A stretch of 58,453 nucleotides of DNA from a virus (IMGVR_UViG_3300025141_000103:1-58453); one strand, 5' to 3'. Shown: positions 18,837 to 28,022, counted from the first letter of the stretch. The notes: generated by a model from the letters alone, not told the origin. Numbers and translations are program-made.

Positions 18837-19982
18837 TTAATCCTCAAAATATTTGTTAACCCAATAGATAACATAATCTATGTCTTCATCAGTCATAGCA
18901 GGATGACAAGGTAGACTGATTAGAGATTCCCAAATACTATCTGCTACAGGATAATCTCTATAGTTAGTCTGTCTCAAGATACCATACTTGTGTAATGGTT
19001 TAAAGTGAACTGAAGTGTGAATATTCTTATCAGCTAAATAGTCAATTAAACCATCTCTACTAACACTTGTAGCACCACTATTATCAGGTGCGTAGTTTTT
19101 ATACTTAGGAACTCTAGCAATATAATACTGAACTGTATCTGAATGTGGTGGTCTCTTGATTTCACTAAACAATCTTTCATTGTATTGATTTTGAATATGT
19201 TGACGTTTATCTAAGTGACCAGGTAGTTTCTTCATTTGTTCTAAACATATAGCTGCCATAATATCAATCATATAATATTTGTAACCAAGAATCTCTACTT
19301 GATAATCCCAAGCGTAACCTGGCTTACCACTTTGACCTTGAGCTCTACTCCAAGTAGAAGATACACCAAACCAAGTCATATCTTTTACTTTACAATATAA
19401 ATCGTAGTCATCAGTTGTAATCATACCACCATCACCACAAGGCATTGTCTTTACTGCTTGAAATGACCAAACTGCACAATCACCTTTCTTACCAGCTCCC
19501 TCTGTATAACAACTATGAGCAGTATCTTCTATAATGAAACCATCATAGAACTCTCTAATCTCATCTATTGGTGCAGCAATACCAGCCATGTTAACTGCAA
19601 TAAGTGCGTCTGAATTTCTTTTTAGCCTAGCTTTAACATCTTGAGGATCGATATTTAAATCCCATTCTTGAACATCAACAATATTAGTTGTACAATCATT
19701 CCATAGTGGAATTTGTGCAGTTGCTATAAACGACATAGTAGGATTGATGACATCTATTCCCTTAAATCCCTTAGCTTTCATAACTAAGTCTTGTCCATGT
19801 GAAGCCGATGTTACAGCGACTGCATATTTAGCACCAACCATCTCAGCAAACTTCTGTTCGAACTCTGCTACTTTTGGACCTTTTCCCCACCAACCACTTT
19901 CAATAACTTCTCTAAGTGCTTGTACTTCTTCTTCACCACCAAGTGGTCTGAGTACGGGCAACATTGTATCTCTAATCTCCAT
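18837..19982 (-). CDS. DegT/DnrJ/EryC1/StrS PLP-dependent sugar aminotransferase
   Basis: EDTAHS, SFQAVK (PLP lysine), GDGGMITT, SLPCHP; start moved from 20006 to ATG 19982 (SD AGGAGG). Confidence 0.92.
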   Translation of the reverse strand: MEIRDTMLPVLRPLGGEEEVQALREVIESGWWGKGPKVAEFEQKFAEMVGAKYAVAVTSASHGQDLVMKAKGFKGIDVINPTMSFIATAQIPLWNDCTTNIVDVQEWDLNIDPQDVKARLKRNSDALIAVNMAGIAAPIDEIREFYDGFIIEDTAHSCYTEGAGKKGDCAVWSFQAVKTMPCGDGGMITTDDYDLYCKVKDMTWFGVSSTWSRAQGQSGKPGYAWDYQVEILGYKYYMIDIMAAICLEQMKKLPGHLDKRQHIQNQYNERLFSEIKRPPHSDTVQYYIARVPKYKNYAPDNSGATSVSRDGLIDYLADKNIHTSVHFKPLHKYGILRQTNYRDYPVADSIWESLISLPCHPAMTDEDIDYVIYWVNKYFED

Positions 19983-20199
19983 TGTTTTCCTCCTGAAATA
20001 CTTCAACCATTAATACATTAGGATCGTGTATCAAAACCATTCTACCATCTTTGGTAAAGAATTTTGTAAATTGTCCTTGCTCAATAGTATCTGTATCTAT
20101 GTTTCTAATTGTTTTTCTGTAACCACCCTTGAAGTGTATAATTTGAGTTACATACTTCCCTTGTTTAGTTACACTTGACTCAAGATTCTTCATACTCAC
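19972..20199 (-). CDS. Small beta-rich hypothetical protein
   Basis: ORF overlapping both neighbours. Confidence 0.55.
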   Translation of the reverse strand: MSMKNLESSVTKQGKYVTQIIHFKGGYRKTIRNIDTDTIEQGQFTKFFTKDGRMVLIHDPNVLMVEVFQEENNGD

Positions 20200-21004
20200 C
20201 TTTCAAATGTTCGATCATATTATCAATATCATTTTTACTTTTTATTTTTTTAAAAACTTGACTTGAAACTTCGTGGTTTTCTTTTGCTATATTGTCTATA
20301 TTTAAACCTGTCCTTTCAGCTCTAATCCTATCAGGTCGTGTAATCATATTTCTTGAACCAGCCCAATGATGATAAATCAAGTCATCGTAGATTGCATAAT
20401 ATAATGGATGTAAATCAATCTTATTACTTCTTGTCAATGGATAGTAATCATATCCACGTTCTTTCAACCAATTGATTGTTCCACCCCACCAATTGTCATT
20501 CTTGTCTTTAATTATGTTTCTTAGATAATCAGTTAAGTTATCCTCTATTATATGTTTAGCCTTGAATGCCATGAACATCGGATGTGGTATCAGATATAAT
20601 GGGTCTCTATCCCATTCGTGCATCGGTTCTTGTGCTGATACAAATGGATACTCTTCTAATTTCTTTTCTAAGAAGTCTCCCATCGGTGCGATTGGAAAAG
20701 CATCTGAATCTAACAATAGTATTGTATCGTCTTTCTTCACTTCAAAGTTCTCTAATACATAATCTATTAGTTTACCCATTGAGTAAGTCCAATGTTGTGC
20801 TCCTGATATAGCACCATCAAACTTATCTTTATGCTTATCATAACTTATGGTGGTATCACTATATTTAACACCATTTTTAAACTTAAATGGTTCTTCACCT
20901 AATCTTGCATAAACCTTGTATGGTTCTGATATAAACCTAGCTAACTCTCTCTTTTGAATGTCAACCCACTTGTCACTCAGATGTAATGTAAGTATATGTA
21001 ACAC
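20180..21004 (-). CDS. Putative GT-A-fold glycosyltransferase
   Basis: LLLDSDAFP (DxD), PHPMF, IYHHWAGSR. Confidence 0.6.
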   Translation of the reverse strand: MLHILTLHLSDKWVDIQKRELARFISEPYKVYARLGEEPFKFKNGVKYSDTTISYDKHKDKFDGAISGAQHWTYSMGKLIDYVLENFEVKKDDTILLLDSDAFPIAPMGDFLEKKLEEYPFVSAQEPMHEWDRDPLYLIPHPMFMAFKAKHIIEDNLTDYLRNIIKDKNDNWWGGTINWLKERGYDYYPLTRSNKIDLHPLYYAIYDDLIYHHWAGSRNMITRPDRIRAERTGLNIDNIAKENHEVSSQVFKKIKSKNDIDNMIEHLKGEYEES

Positions 21005-22656
21005 TACCCAACCTCCTGTAATAAATCAAATCCCCATTGTTCCATTGATATATGATTAAATGGATAACCCTTATAACTTTTCATCTCAATAAACTTATCA
21101 ACACCATCTTTACCCTCTTGTTTTATCTTCCTATTCTCTTCTAAAGTTCTATGTGCTGATGGTTTCACCATATGCATTCTACTGAAATAAAATCTTGGTT
21201 CTGCAAAGTTATAACCACCAATGTTCACACTATAGTTATACACCAAATCATCATCATCCTCACAACCAAAGAATCTAAACTTACCACTATCTTTACCAAA
21301 TGGATGTATCTCTTGTGGTAACTCTATATTCTCATCTTCAATTTGTTTTCTTAACTTACTACTGAATACTAAATCTAAATCACCATTCTTATTCTTTCTT
21401 GCATCTACTCCCATAACTGCTAAGATAGCACTATTACATATTGCATACTCTTTCTTTGGAAAACCCATTATATCCATTATCTCAAGATAGTTTATGTAAC
21501 GAAGTGGATTTTCTACATTTCCCTTAAATACCTCTGCTTCGGGCATATAGAATGGTATGTATTCCTTACCATTGATTAACCTACCAATCATAGCAACTGC
21601 TCTGTGATATCCATGCTTGAGAAAACCACCAAAGAAGTTTACAGGATCGTCAACCAAAGCTACTTGTATCTCCTCATCTGTCATCATTTCTAAAGAATCA
21701 TAATATTCTTTAGTCATATTTTCCCAACCTTTTTCGTGATGTCCCTCAACATTATTTCTAAACTCAGCCCACATACAATTCCAATACTGATGGTTTTTAT
21801 TTGTTAGTTTACTTTCAGCTTCTTTTCTATTCTTCTCATCTGAAAAGTATTCTACAGCTTCTCTTACAGTTTTGATTTGTTTATCATTATGTATAATCTC
21901 TTTACCACCACTACCATGTTGTAATTCCATATTCAAAAAGTATTCTAAGTTGATTGGAGCAGTAGCTAATAAGTTTCTAACAAAGTGTTGATAATTCTTT
22001 TGTGCCATAAAATCACTAAAAAACTTAGGTGATTCTAAGTAATCCCCATCTACTCTACTACCAGCAGCTTCTCTTGTGTAAGTGTTATAGTGATGTTGAT
22101 TTAAATCATCATACCGATTACAATCATAAACTCCCTCTAAATCAATTAATGTTGGCTTACCATCATACTCATATGTATGATACTCACAAAAGTCATAAGC
22201 AAAATGATTACTCTGTATGGTTTTTGCTTTTATTCTTGTGAACATTTCATTAAAGTGCTTATCTGAGTTTGGTGTAAGTCTAACTAATCTTGATCCAGTA
22301 TCAGCTCTGTCTGTCTCATCTTTTATGAATAGTTGTTGACACTCTTCAGTTACATATCCTCTACAGATATTATCCTCATCGTAAATCATACCAACAAAAT
22401 TTGGAACGATTGTGCTATCATAGAAACCACTTGCGAATGCAGTTGGTAATGTATCTTTTCTTATATAATCTTTATCCCATACTTTGACAAAGTATTTATC
22501 TGTTTGATAGATAGTTCTATTGTGGTTTTCACTACCCCAACGGCTATCTTTGTGTTTGACTTGTTTGTAACTATTGAAATCTAAATCTTCATATTTAAAG
22601 ACACCATAAACGTCTCCAATCAAAGATTCAAACTCAAATATTTGAGTAAAGTTCAT
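21004..22656 (-). CDS. Multidomain protein: kinase-like, ParB/Srx-like and nucleotidyltransferase-like
   Basis: YFVKVW, GYVTE, YDFCEYH, LIDLEG (kinase-like); HGYHR (DGxHR-like); NSAILAVMG...GDLDLV (Pol-beta NTase-like). Confidence 0.5.
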   Translation of the reverse strand: MNFTQIFEFESLIGDVYGVFKYEDLDFNSYKQVKHKDSRWGSENHNRTIYQTDKYFVKVWDKDYIRKDTLPTAFASGFYDSTIVPNFVGMIYDEDNICRGYVTEECQQLFIKDETDRADTGSRLVRLTPNSDKHFNEMFTRIKAKTIQSNHFAYDFCEYHTYEYDGKPTLIDLEGVYDCNRYDDLNQHHYNTYTREAAGSRVDGDYLESPKFFSDFMAQKNYQHFVRNLLATAPINLEYFLNMELQHGSGGKEIIHNDKQIKTVREAVEYFSDEKNRKEAESKLTNKNHQYWNCMWAEFRNNVEGHHEKGWENMTKEYYDSLEMMTDEEIQVALVDDPVNFFGGFLKHGYHRAVAMIGRLINGKEYIPFYMPEAEVFKGNVENPLRYINYLEIMDIMGFPKKEYAICNSAILAVMGVDARKNKNGDLDLVFSSKLRKQIEDENIELPQEIHPFGKDSGKFRFFGCEDDDDLVYNYSVNIGGYNFAEPRFYFSRMHMVKPSAHRTLEENRKIKQEGKDGVDKFIEMKSYKGYPFNHISMEQWGFDLLQEVG

Positions 22657-23254
22657 TTTGCTTTATCTGCTTCTCTATAGTTTTAGGATGATATAAGGAT
22701 AGTTCTTCGTGTGGTGGTAAATGTGCATATGTTTTACAACCATCAATATACTCATGAACCTTTCGTGTCCACCTGATATCTTCTCTGTTTCTAAATACTC
22801 TTGCTTGGTAATCTGGATAGTTTACCCAACCTTTTTCTGATACTCTCCATCCCCATCTTTGAATCCATTCTTGAGTTAAACCCTCTACTGTATTTACTCT
22901 TGGTAGCCATACTAAATCTACATCATTCATTTCTAATATAGTATGTATTTGTGCCATCAATATTTCATGTGGAATTTCATCTGCATCTAAATGAAATATA
23001 TAATCACCACTACTCATTTCTATTGTATGATTTTTTAAATCTGAAAAGTTGTCGTTAAAATCAAATTTGTGCCAACTGAACTCACCATTTACTGAATGTG
23101 TTCTTAGATAGTCTTCAACACCTTTAGAACCATTCTTAGAATCATAAGTGATAACAATTTCATCTTGTAACTCTTTGTGTTTTAATAAAAATGTAACTAA
23201 TCTCTGTATCTCAGCTTCTTCGTTACAAACTGTTATTCCGTAACTTATTTTCAT
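22634..23254 (-). CDS. Glycosyltransferase family 2
   Basis: ISYGITVCNE, FSDLKN, FHLDADE, PDYQARVF, VHE. Confidence 0.85.
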   Translation of the reverse strand: MKISYGITVCNEEAEIQRLVTFLLKHKELQDEIVITYDSKNGSKGVEDYLRTHSVNGEFSWHKFDFNDNFSDLKNHTIEMSSGDYIFHLDADEIPHEILMAQIHTILEMNDVDLVWLPRVNTVEGLTQEWIQRWGWRVSEKGWVNYPDYQARVFRNREDIRWTRKVHEYIDGCKTYAHLPPHEELSLYHPKTIEKQIKQNELYSNI

Positions 23255-23255
23255 A

Positions 23256-23714
23256 TTATCCTATAAACTTAGAAGACACTATCTTTGAATAATCATATGC
23301 CAAAAGTCTAACTTGACTCATATTTGACATTTTATATGTTCTGTAAGCATTATCCACCAATCCACCAACTTTTGTTAGTTTTACATCGTAGAATTTAAGT
23401 GGGTCTCCTCTACGTTCTCCTAATTCCCATTGCCCCTCTTGAATTGCACCTGTTCCAACTACAGTAGCTAATCTTCTTAGATGTTGGTCTGAAACTAAAT
23501 CCATACTTAGAGCATGAAGTTTTCTGACACTAAAATTTCCACCATATGGATACATTCCTGTAACTAATGCTACAACCTCTTGGTTTGGTTGAGCATCTCC
23601 AGACTTAGCAACTTTTTTATATCTAAATTGCAACATTTGACCTGTTTCAATCGCACTTCTTGGTATAGTCTTTCGAGCTGATACTCTTGATTTATGTAAA
23701 GCGATGAATCCCAC
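23256..23714 (-). CDS. Hypothetical protein, weakly like T4 gp2 DNA end-protector
   Basis: GQMLQFRY...LHALSMDLV...AYRTY spacing is reminiscent of gp2; by-eye only. Confidence 0.35.
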   Translation of the reverse strand: MGFIALHKSRVSARKTIPRSAIETGQMLQFRYKKVAKSGDAQPNQEVVALVTGMYPYGGNFSVRKLHALSMDLVSDQHLRRLATVVGTGAIQEGQWELGERRGDPLKFYDVKLTKVGGLVDNAYRTYKMSNMSQVRLLAYDYSKIVSSKFIG

Positions 23715-24199
23715 TATTTACCCTTTTTATCTAAGTCTTTAATTATTCCCATATCTTGACACGCTTTGAAAAATTCAAACTTACCATAAGCTTGTGCATT
23801 TTCCACGTCAAGTCTCTTATCATAATTATTATAATTTGCACGTTCTTCTTCAGGTATTTCAACAACTTTTGCATATTTCCAAACATAATTCTTTTTATCT
23901 GTAGCTTTGAATGCTGCTTTGTCTTGTGGGTCTTCATCAGGATATATTATACCTAACTCACCCATATTGATAACACAAGGAAACCAAACAATACCTTTAG
24001 TTTCATCATTGTATTGTAAGTCTTGAACTAACTGAGGACTTGCATTCATATTATCAAGTAACTCAACACTACCAGCTCTGTATCTTGAGTCACTCATAAA
24101 TCCACAATTAAAACACATATAACTACTGAAGTTTTCTTGTATCTCTTCGAAACAAGTATCTGTGTCTTTACATACTGGACAAACTATTACTCTTTCCAT
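23714..24199 (-). CDS. Zinc-ribbon-containing hypothetical protein
   Basis: CPVC...CFNCGF. Confidence 0.6.
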   Translation of the reverse strand: MERVIVCPVCKDTDTCFEEIQENFSSYMCFNCGFMSDSRYRAGSVELLDNMNASPQLVQDLQYNDETKGIVWFPCVINMGELGIIYPDEDPQDKAAFKATDKKNYVWKYAKVVEIPEEERANYNNYDKRLDVENAQAYGKFEFFKACQDMGIIKDLDKKGK

Positions 24200-25566
24200 T
24201 ACATCTTCCTCAACTTAGGTAGTTTTATAACTTCTTTTACTTTTGGTTTTTGTGGTGGTTTTATTGCACCTGTTTGTCCACCATCTATCTTCTTCAACTT
24301 AGGTAGTTTAAGACTTACTGCTTGTGGAACATCACCAATCATTCTATCAACTATCTCAACAAACTTTTCACCCATCTTACTTCTTGTGAACTTAGTTTTA
24401 TTTGACTTTGCTACTTGATTGAATATAGGTGTATATTTCTTGTAGTTCAAAAATACATCTTTCATCTTTGCTGATGCTTTACTGTAGTTTACACCAAACC
24501 AAGCCATACCATCAACAAACATATCCTTTGGAAATGAACCTTTAGGAACTTGAACCAAACTACCCTCAAGTGCTGTGCTTAAACTTGGTGGTAAGAAATC
24601 TAAATGTCCACTCCATGCTGGATATATAATTGGTTTACCTGTTAGTGATGCTTCAAGTAATGGTCTACCAAATCCCTCACCATGTGTGAAAGAAACATGA
24701 GCTTTTACTTTCGGATGATTGTATAACTCATTCATTTCTTCGTCTTCGAAATCACCATGCATCAGATAAATATTTGGAAATATCTTAGCATCTACACTAT
24801 CTTTGATAGTTCTAATCTTACTTAAAATATCTTCTCTGTCTATTACTGAGAATGTAGCACTACTTGTTTTTAGGATTAGTGCTGGTCTCTTCTTCTTACC
24901 CTTGTTCTTAAACGTTTCGATGAATGTTTTAATCAACATACCAACGTCTTTTCTATCTTGAGTAAGATTACCACTTAACCAATGTCCTGTAAATAAGAAA
25001 CAAAATGACTCTGATATCTTATTCATTTCAGTAACTAAATCTTCACTAAACTTATTTGTCTTACCATAGATTTTTTCATCATAACCCTCAAATAGAACTT
25101 CGATAGGTGTCTTAACTCCATGAACACCAACGACTTCTTTACCTTGCTTTTCCTCATACTTAGTTTGTAGTATCATTTCTTTTACAAACTCAGCTGGAAC
25201 TATATTTAAATCCATTCTATTACAACCATCAACCCAATGTTTAGGTATAGCTGTTGATTCTAAACCTGCAGTAATACCCATATTCTTCTTACCAATCTTC
25301 TGAAACTCATTTGGTACTGTAACTTGAATATGTAAATCAGGTTGTTTTTCTAACTTACCCTCATATATCATTCTATCTAATATGAGTTTATGGTCTGGAT
25401 TCTGTTCGTTTAATGCATTCATCGGTGTGTTTCCCCAACGAAGTGATGCTATTCTTAAATCATACTTGTCAGATTTTATTAACTCTAAAGCTAAATCTCT
25501 TGCGTGAGCTCCATAACCACTTCGTGTAGCTACTGGACCTTGAAACAAAATAAAAGGTTTTGTCAT
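24199..25566 (-). CDS. Glycosyltransferase family 4 (GT-B)
   Basis: SGYG, RKDVG, GEGFGRPLLEA, WSGHLDF. Confidence 0.88.
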   Translation of the reverse strand: MTKPFILFQGPVATRSGYGAHARDLALELIKSDKYDLRIASLRWGNTPMNALNEQNPDHKLILDRMIYEGKLEKQPDLHIQVTVPNEFQKIGKKNMGITAGLESTAIPKHWVDGCNRMDLNIVPAEFVKEMILQTKYEEKQGKEVVGVHGVKTPIEVLFEGYDEKIYGKTNKFSEDLVTEMNKISESFCFLFTGHWLSGNLTQDRKDVGMLIKTFIETFKNKGKKKRPALILKTSSATFSVIDREDILSKIRTIKDSVDAKIFPNIYLMHGDFEDEEMNELYNHPKVKAHVSFTHGEGFGRPLLEASLTGKPIIYPAWSGHLDFLPPSLSTALEGSLVQVPKGSFPKDMFVDGMAWFGVNYSKASAKMKDVFLNYKKYTPIFNQVAKSNKTKFTRSKMGEKFVEIVDRMIGDVPQAVSLKLPKLKKIDGGQTGAIKPPQKPKVKEVIKLPKLRKM

Positions 25567-25574
25567 TTTAACTC

Positions 25575-26954
25575 CTATGCCTTATATAAGGTGAATCGTT
25601 TACGTGGTGTCCACTTTTCAAATGCAGTGTCCATGTCTTTAATGAATCGGTTGCTCATGTTCTCTGCTGTCATACCTATCTCTTCCATTTGAACAAACTC
25701 AACACCTTTTTCACCACATTCTTTTCTTTTCTCAGCACCCATGTCATAAAAATGCTTAATACCATCTGCAGCATCTTCGTAACGTGGTCTGTCATCAAAG
25801 ATATATGGTGTCGGTGGTGAACCTTGTAAGGAAAGATTAGATGGAAATACAGGATATGCCCAATCACCATGCTCTTTGTATCTACCTCTGTGGTTAGATT
25901 GAAACTCATCAGTATAATCATCTACTGTAAGATAAGAACCATCTTCTTTTTTGAAACCACATTGGTCTTGTAATCCACCTGTAACATTAACCACGATAGG
26001 TGTTCCACACATTAGAGATTCACAAGTTCCCAATCCAAATCCTTCATTAGATGCGATATTAATTGTAACGTCTGCTATGTTATACATCCAACACATCTGA
26101 TTGTTATCCAATTTCTCATTTGAGAATATAACATCATAATCGGGACACATCTCAGCAACTACTGCTGGCAAGTCAGTTCCATTGTCATCAACTGGTTGAG
26201 TGTGCATTATTAATGCACATTTTTTAGATTCATCTTTTGGTAACATATCACAAAATGTTTTAAATGCCATAACTACATCACCAGGTAATTTTCTACGAAT
26301 ATTTCTGTTGTTCCAAAATACTACAAAATCATATTGTTTACCACCAAGAATATGTTGCTTATACTTTTTAAGTTTATCATAATCTTGATGTAATGTATCT
26401 ACTGGTTTAAAATCTTTATGATTTATACCATGTGGAATATAGGTATTATCCCAATCGGTTCTTGGTTTCTTCTGACATACATTATCTACAATATTAACTG
26501 TTTGTCGTGATATGTTCATAATCAAATCACAACTCTCATAATATGGTTCATTCCATCTTGGATAAGGTAAGTTATCCCATATATTGTAGTAGAAGATAGG
26601 AACATTCTGTCTTACTTCATGTTCCATATTATATAACCACTGCCAAAATCTTGGGTCTGTATAGTGTAGGATAGCATCTGGTTTTTCCATTCCCATTATA
26701 CTTCTCAATATTTCATCATTTCCATAACCACTTATTGGATATATCTTTAGATATGCATCTTTAATACCGTAGTCTTTAGATATAGCTTCAGATAAATCTA
26801 CAACGTTTCCCTCTTCAGGATGTTTTATTGCTCCACCTATCTGAACCCAATCATATCTATCTAATGTACCAACAACAAATTCTCTTGACATCGTTCCAAC
26901 ACCACTTGACATTCTCAAGTCATCTGATAGTAATAATATCTTCTTTTTTGCCAT
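25575..26954 (-). CDS. Glycosyltransferase family 4 (GT-B)
   Basis: SGVG, NRNIRRK, NEGFGLGTCESLMCGTP, TGGLQDQ; start moved from 26972 to MAKKK at 26954. Confidence 0.88.
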   Translation of the reverse strand: MAKKKILLLSDDLRMSSGVGTMSREFVVGTLDRYDWVQIGGAIKHPEEGNVVDLSEAISKDYGIKDAYLKIYPISGYGNDEILRSIMGMEKPDAILHYTDPRFWQWLYNMEHEVRQNVPIFYYNIWDNLPYPRWNEPYYESCDLIMNISRQTVNIVDNVCQKKPRTDWDNTYIPHGINHKDFKPVDTLHQDYDKLKKYKQHILGGKQYDFVVFWNNRNIRRKLPGDVVMAFKTFCDMLPKDESKKCALIMHTQPVDDNGTDLPAVVAEMCPDYDVIFSNEKLDNNQMCWMYNIADVTINIASNEGFGLGTCESLMCGTPIVVNVTGGLQDQCGFKKEDGSYLTVDDYTDEFQSNHRGRYKEHGDWAYPVFPSNLSLQGSPPTPYIFDDRPRYEDAADGIKHFYDMGAEKRKECGEKGVEFVQMEEIGMTAENMSNRFIKDMDTAFEKWTPRKRFTLYKA

Positions 26955-26955
26955 A

Positions 26956-27147
26956 TTAGTACCTACTACCACTTTGTGTTAGATTACTGTAGGTCATTAT
27001 TTTTTCTTGAAATTTCATATCTGTACAATATAAATCCATTGAACGATTAACTAATTTTTGAAGAGTAAACTCTTCCTCTATACTCAGTCCTTTAAATTTT
27101 TTATATAAATCGGTAAGAACTTTAACCGATGTTAGTTTGCTTTCCAT
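26956..27147 (-). CDS. Ribbon-helix-helix-like DNA-binding protein
   Basis: LTSVKV (strand), DLYKKFK (helix), TLQKLVNRSMDLY (helix); ATG 27147 with GGAG SD. Confidence 0.6.
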   Translation of the reverse strand: MESKLTSVKVLTDLYKKFKGLSIEEEFTLQKLVNRSMDLYCTDMKFQEKIMTYSNLTQSGSRY

Positions 27148-27187
27148 ATGTAATAACTCCATTCATATATATATAAATATAAATATA

Positions 27188-27598
27188 TTAAGAAATAAAC
27201 ACAACTTTTTTCTTGTGTTTCTTAGCGTGATTTACTGCGTTTTTTGTTCCTGATGTTAATTCTCCATCTTTAATAAAAGCAACAACTCCATCTGAATATT
27301 TGATAATAGCTTCATTTCTGATAAAGAAATGTTTAACATTGTATTCTTTACCATATTTGAACTGATTTTCTATACAGTAAGAATTGTGTGGTTCGTGATA
27401 TGGTGGAAATTCAGTATATTTTATACCAAACTCAAGTGCATACTCTCTTGCGTATTTGTCTGCACCAAATTTAGCTCCACCACTAACAACTTCTATAAAC
27501 TCACCATGCTCTTCTTTTAGTTTATAGACGAACTCTTTTATCTTTAGTTTGTTAGTGTATGTTCTTGAACCTATTATTGCTATCTTGACGGTCTCGAT
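27188..27598 (-). CDS. SLOG-family (YspA/DUF2493-like) protein; start uncertain and non-canonical
   Basis: Manual translation: KIAIIGSRTY...VSGGAKFGADKYA...RNEAIIKYSDGVVAF...SGTKNAVNHAKKHKKKV. No ATG/GTG/TTG between the upstream in-frame stop (27617-27619) and the domain start. Missed by the track. Confidence 0.8.
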   Translation of the reverse strand: METVKIAIIGSRTYTNKLKIKEFVYKLKEEHGEFIEVVSGGAKFGADKYAREYALEFGIKYTEFPPYHEPHNSYCIENQFKYGKEYNVKHFFIRNEAIIKYSDGVVAFIKDGELTSGTKNAVNHAKKHKKKVVFIS

Positions 27599-28020
27599 GT
27601 TTCTATTGTCCTTTGGTTAACACTTAAAATAAAATTAGATATTTTTATGTAATCATCTAATCCTTTTGGTATCAATTCTCCGACTTGGGATTTGTAGGTA
27701 TATCTACTTCTGTTAAACTTTTTATTATTTGGTAGTGGATTGTTAGGGTCTTCAACTTCAAACAAAACATAGTCATTGACATTTATAGTGCTTGATTGTT
27801 TGAACGAAGTTCTGTGCTTGAAAATTCCATCATAACGTTTTGCAAAGTTTACTACTGGCTTTGCATCAATCAAATCAGTATTCATAGATACTTTTAAAGT
27901 CCAAGATGTATTAATCTTAGAGTAACATTCTTTTATTTTTTCAACAACCAATTCTTCACAATCTTTTTCAATGAAAAGATGTGCTGGTAGTCTTAGACTT
28001 ATATTAAATCTTTCGTACAT
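27580..28020 (-). CDS. Hypothetical protein
   Basis: 146-aa ORF between the nuclease and the SLOG gene. Confidence 0.55.
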   Translation of the reverse strand: MYERFNISLRLPAHLFIEKDCEELVVEKIKECYSKINTSWTLKVSMNTDLIDAKPVVNFAKRYDGIFKHRTSFKQSSTINVNDYVLFEVEDPNNPLPNNKKFNRSRYTYKSQVGELIPKGLDDYIKISNFILSVNQRTIETSRPSR

Positions 28021-28022
28021 AT

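Noticed and set aside
19972-20199. Sm/Hfq-like fold for the 75-aa protein
   Set aside because: Only a vague beta-strand pattern; no diagnostic motif.
27329-27520. Plus-strand hydrophobic 63-aa ORF in an apparent gap
   Set aside because: The gap is occupied by the minus-strand SLOG gene.
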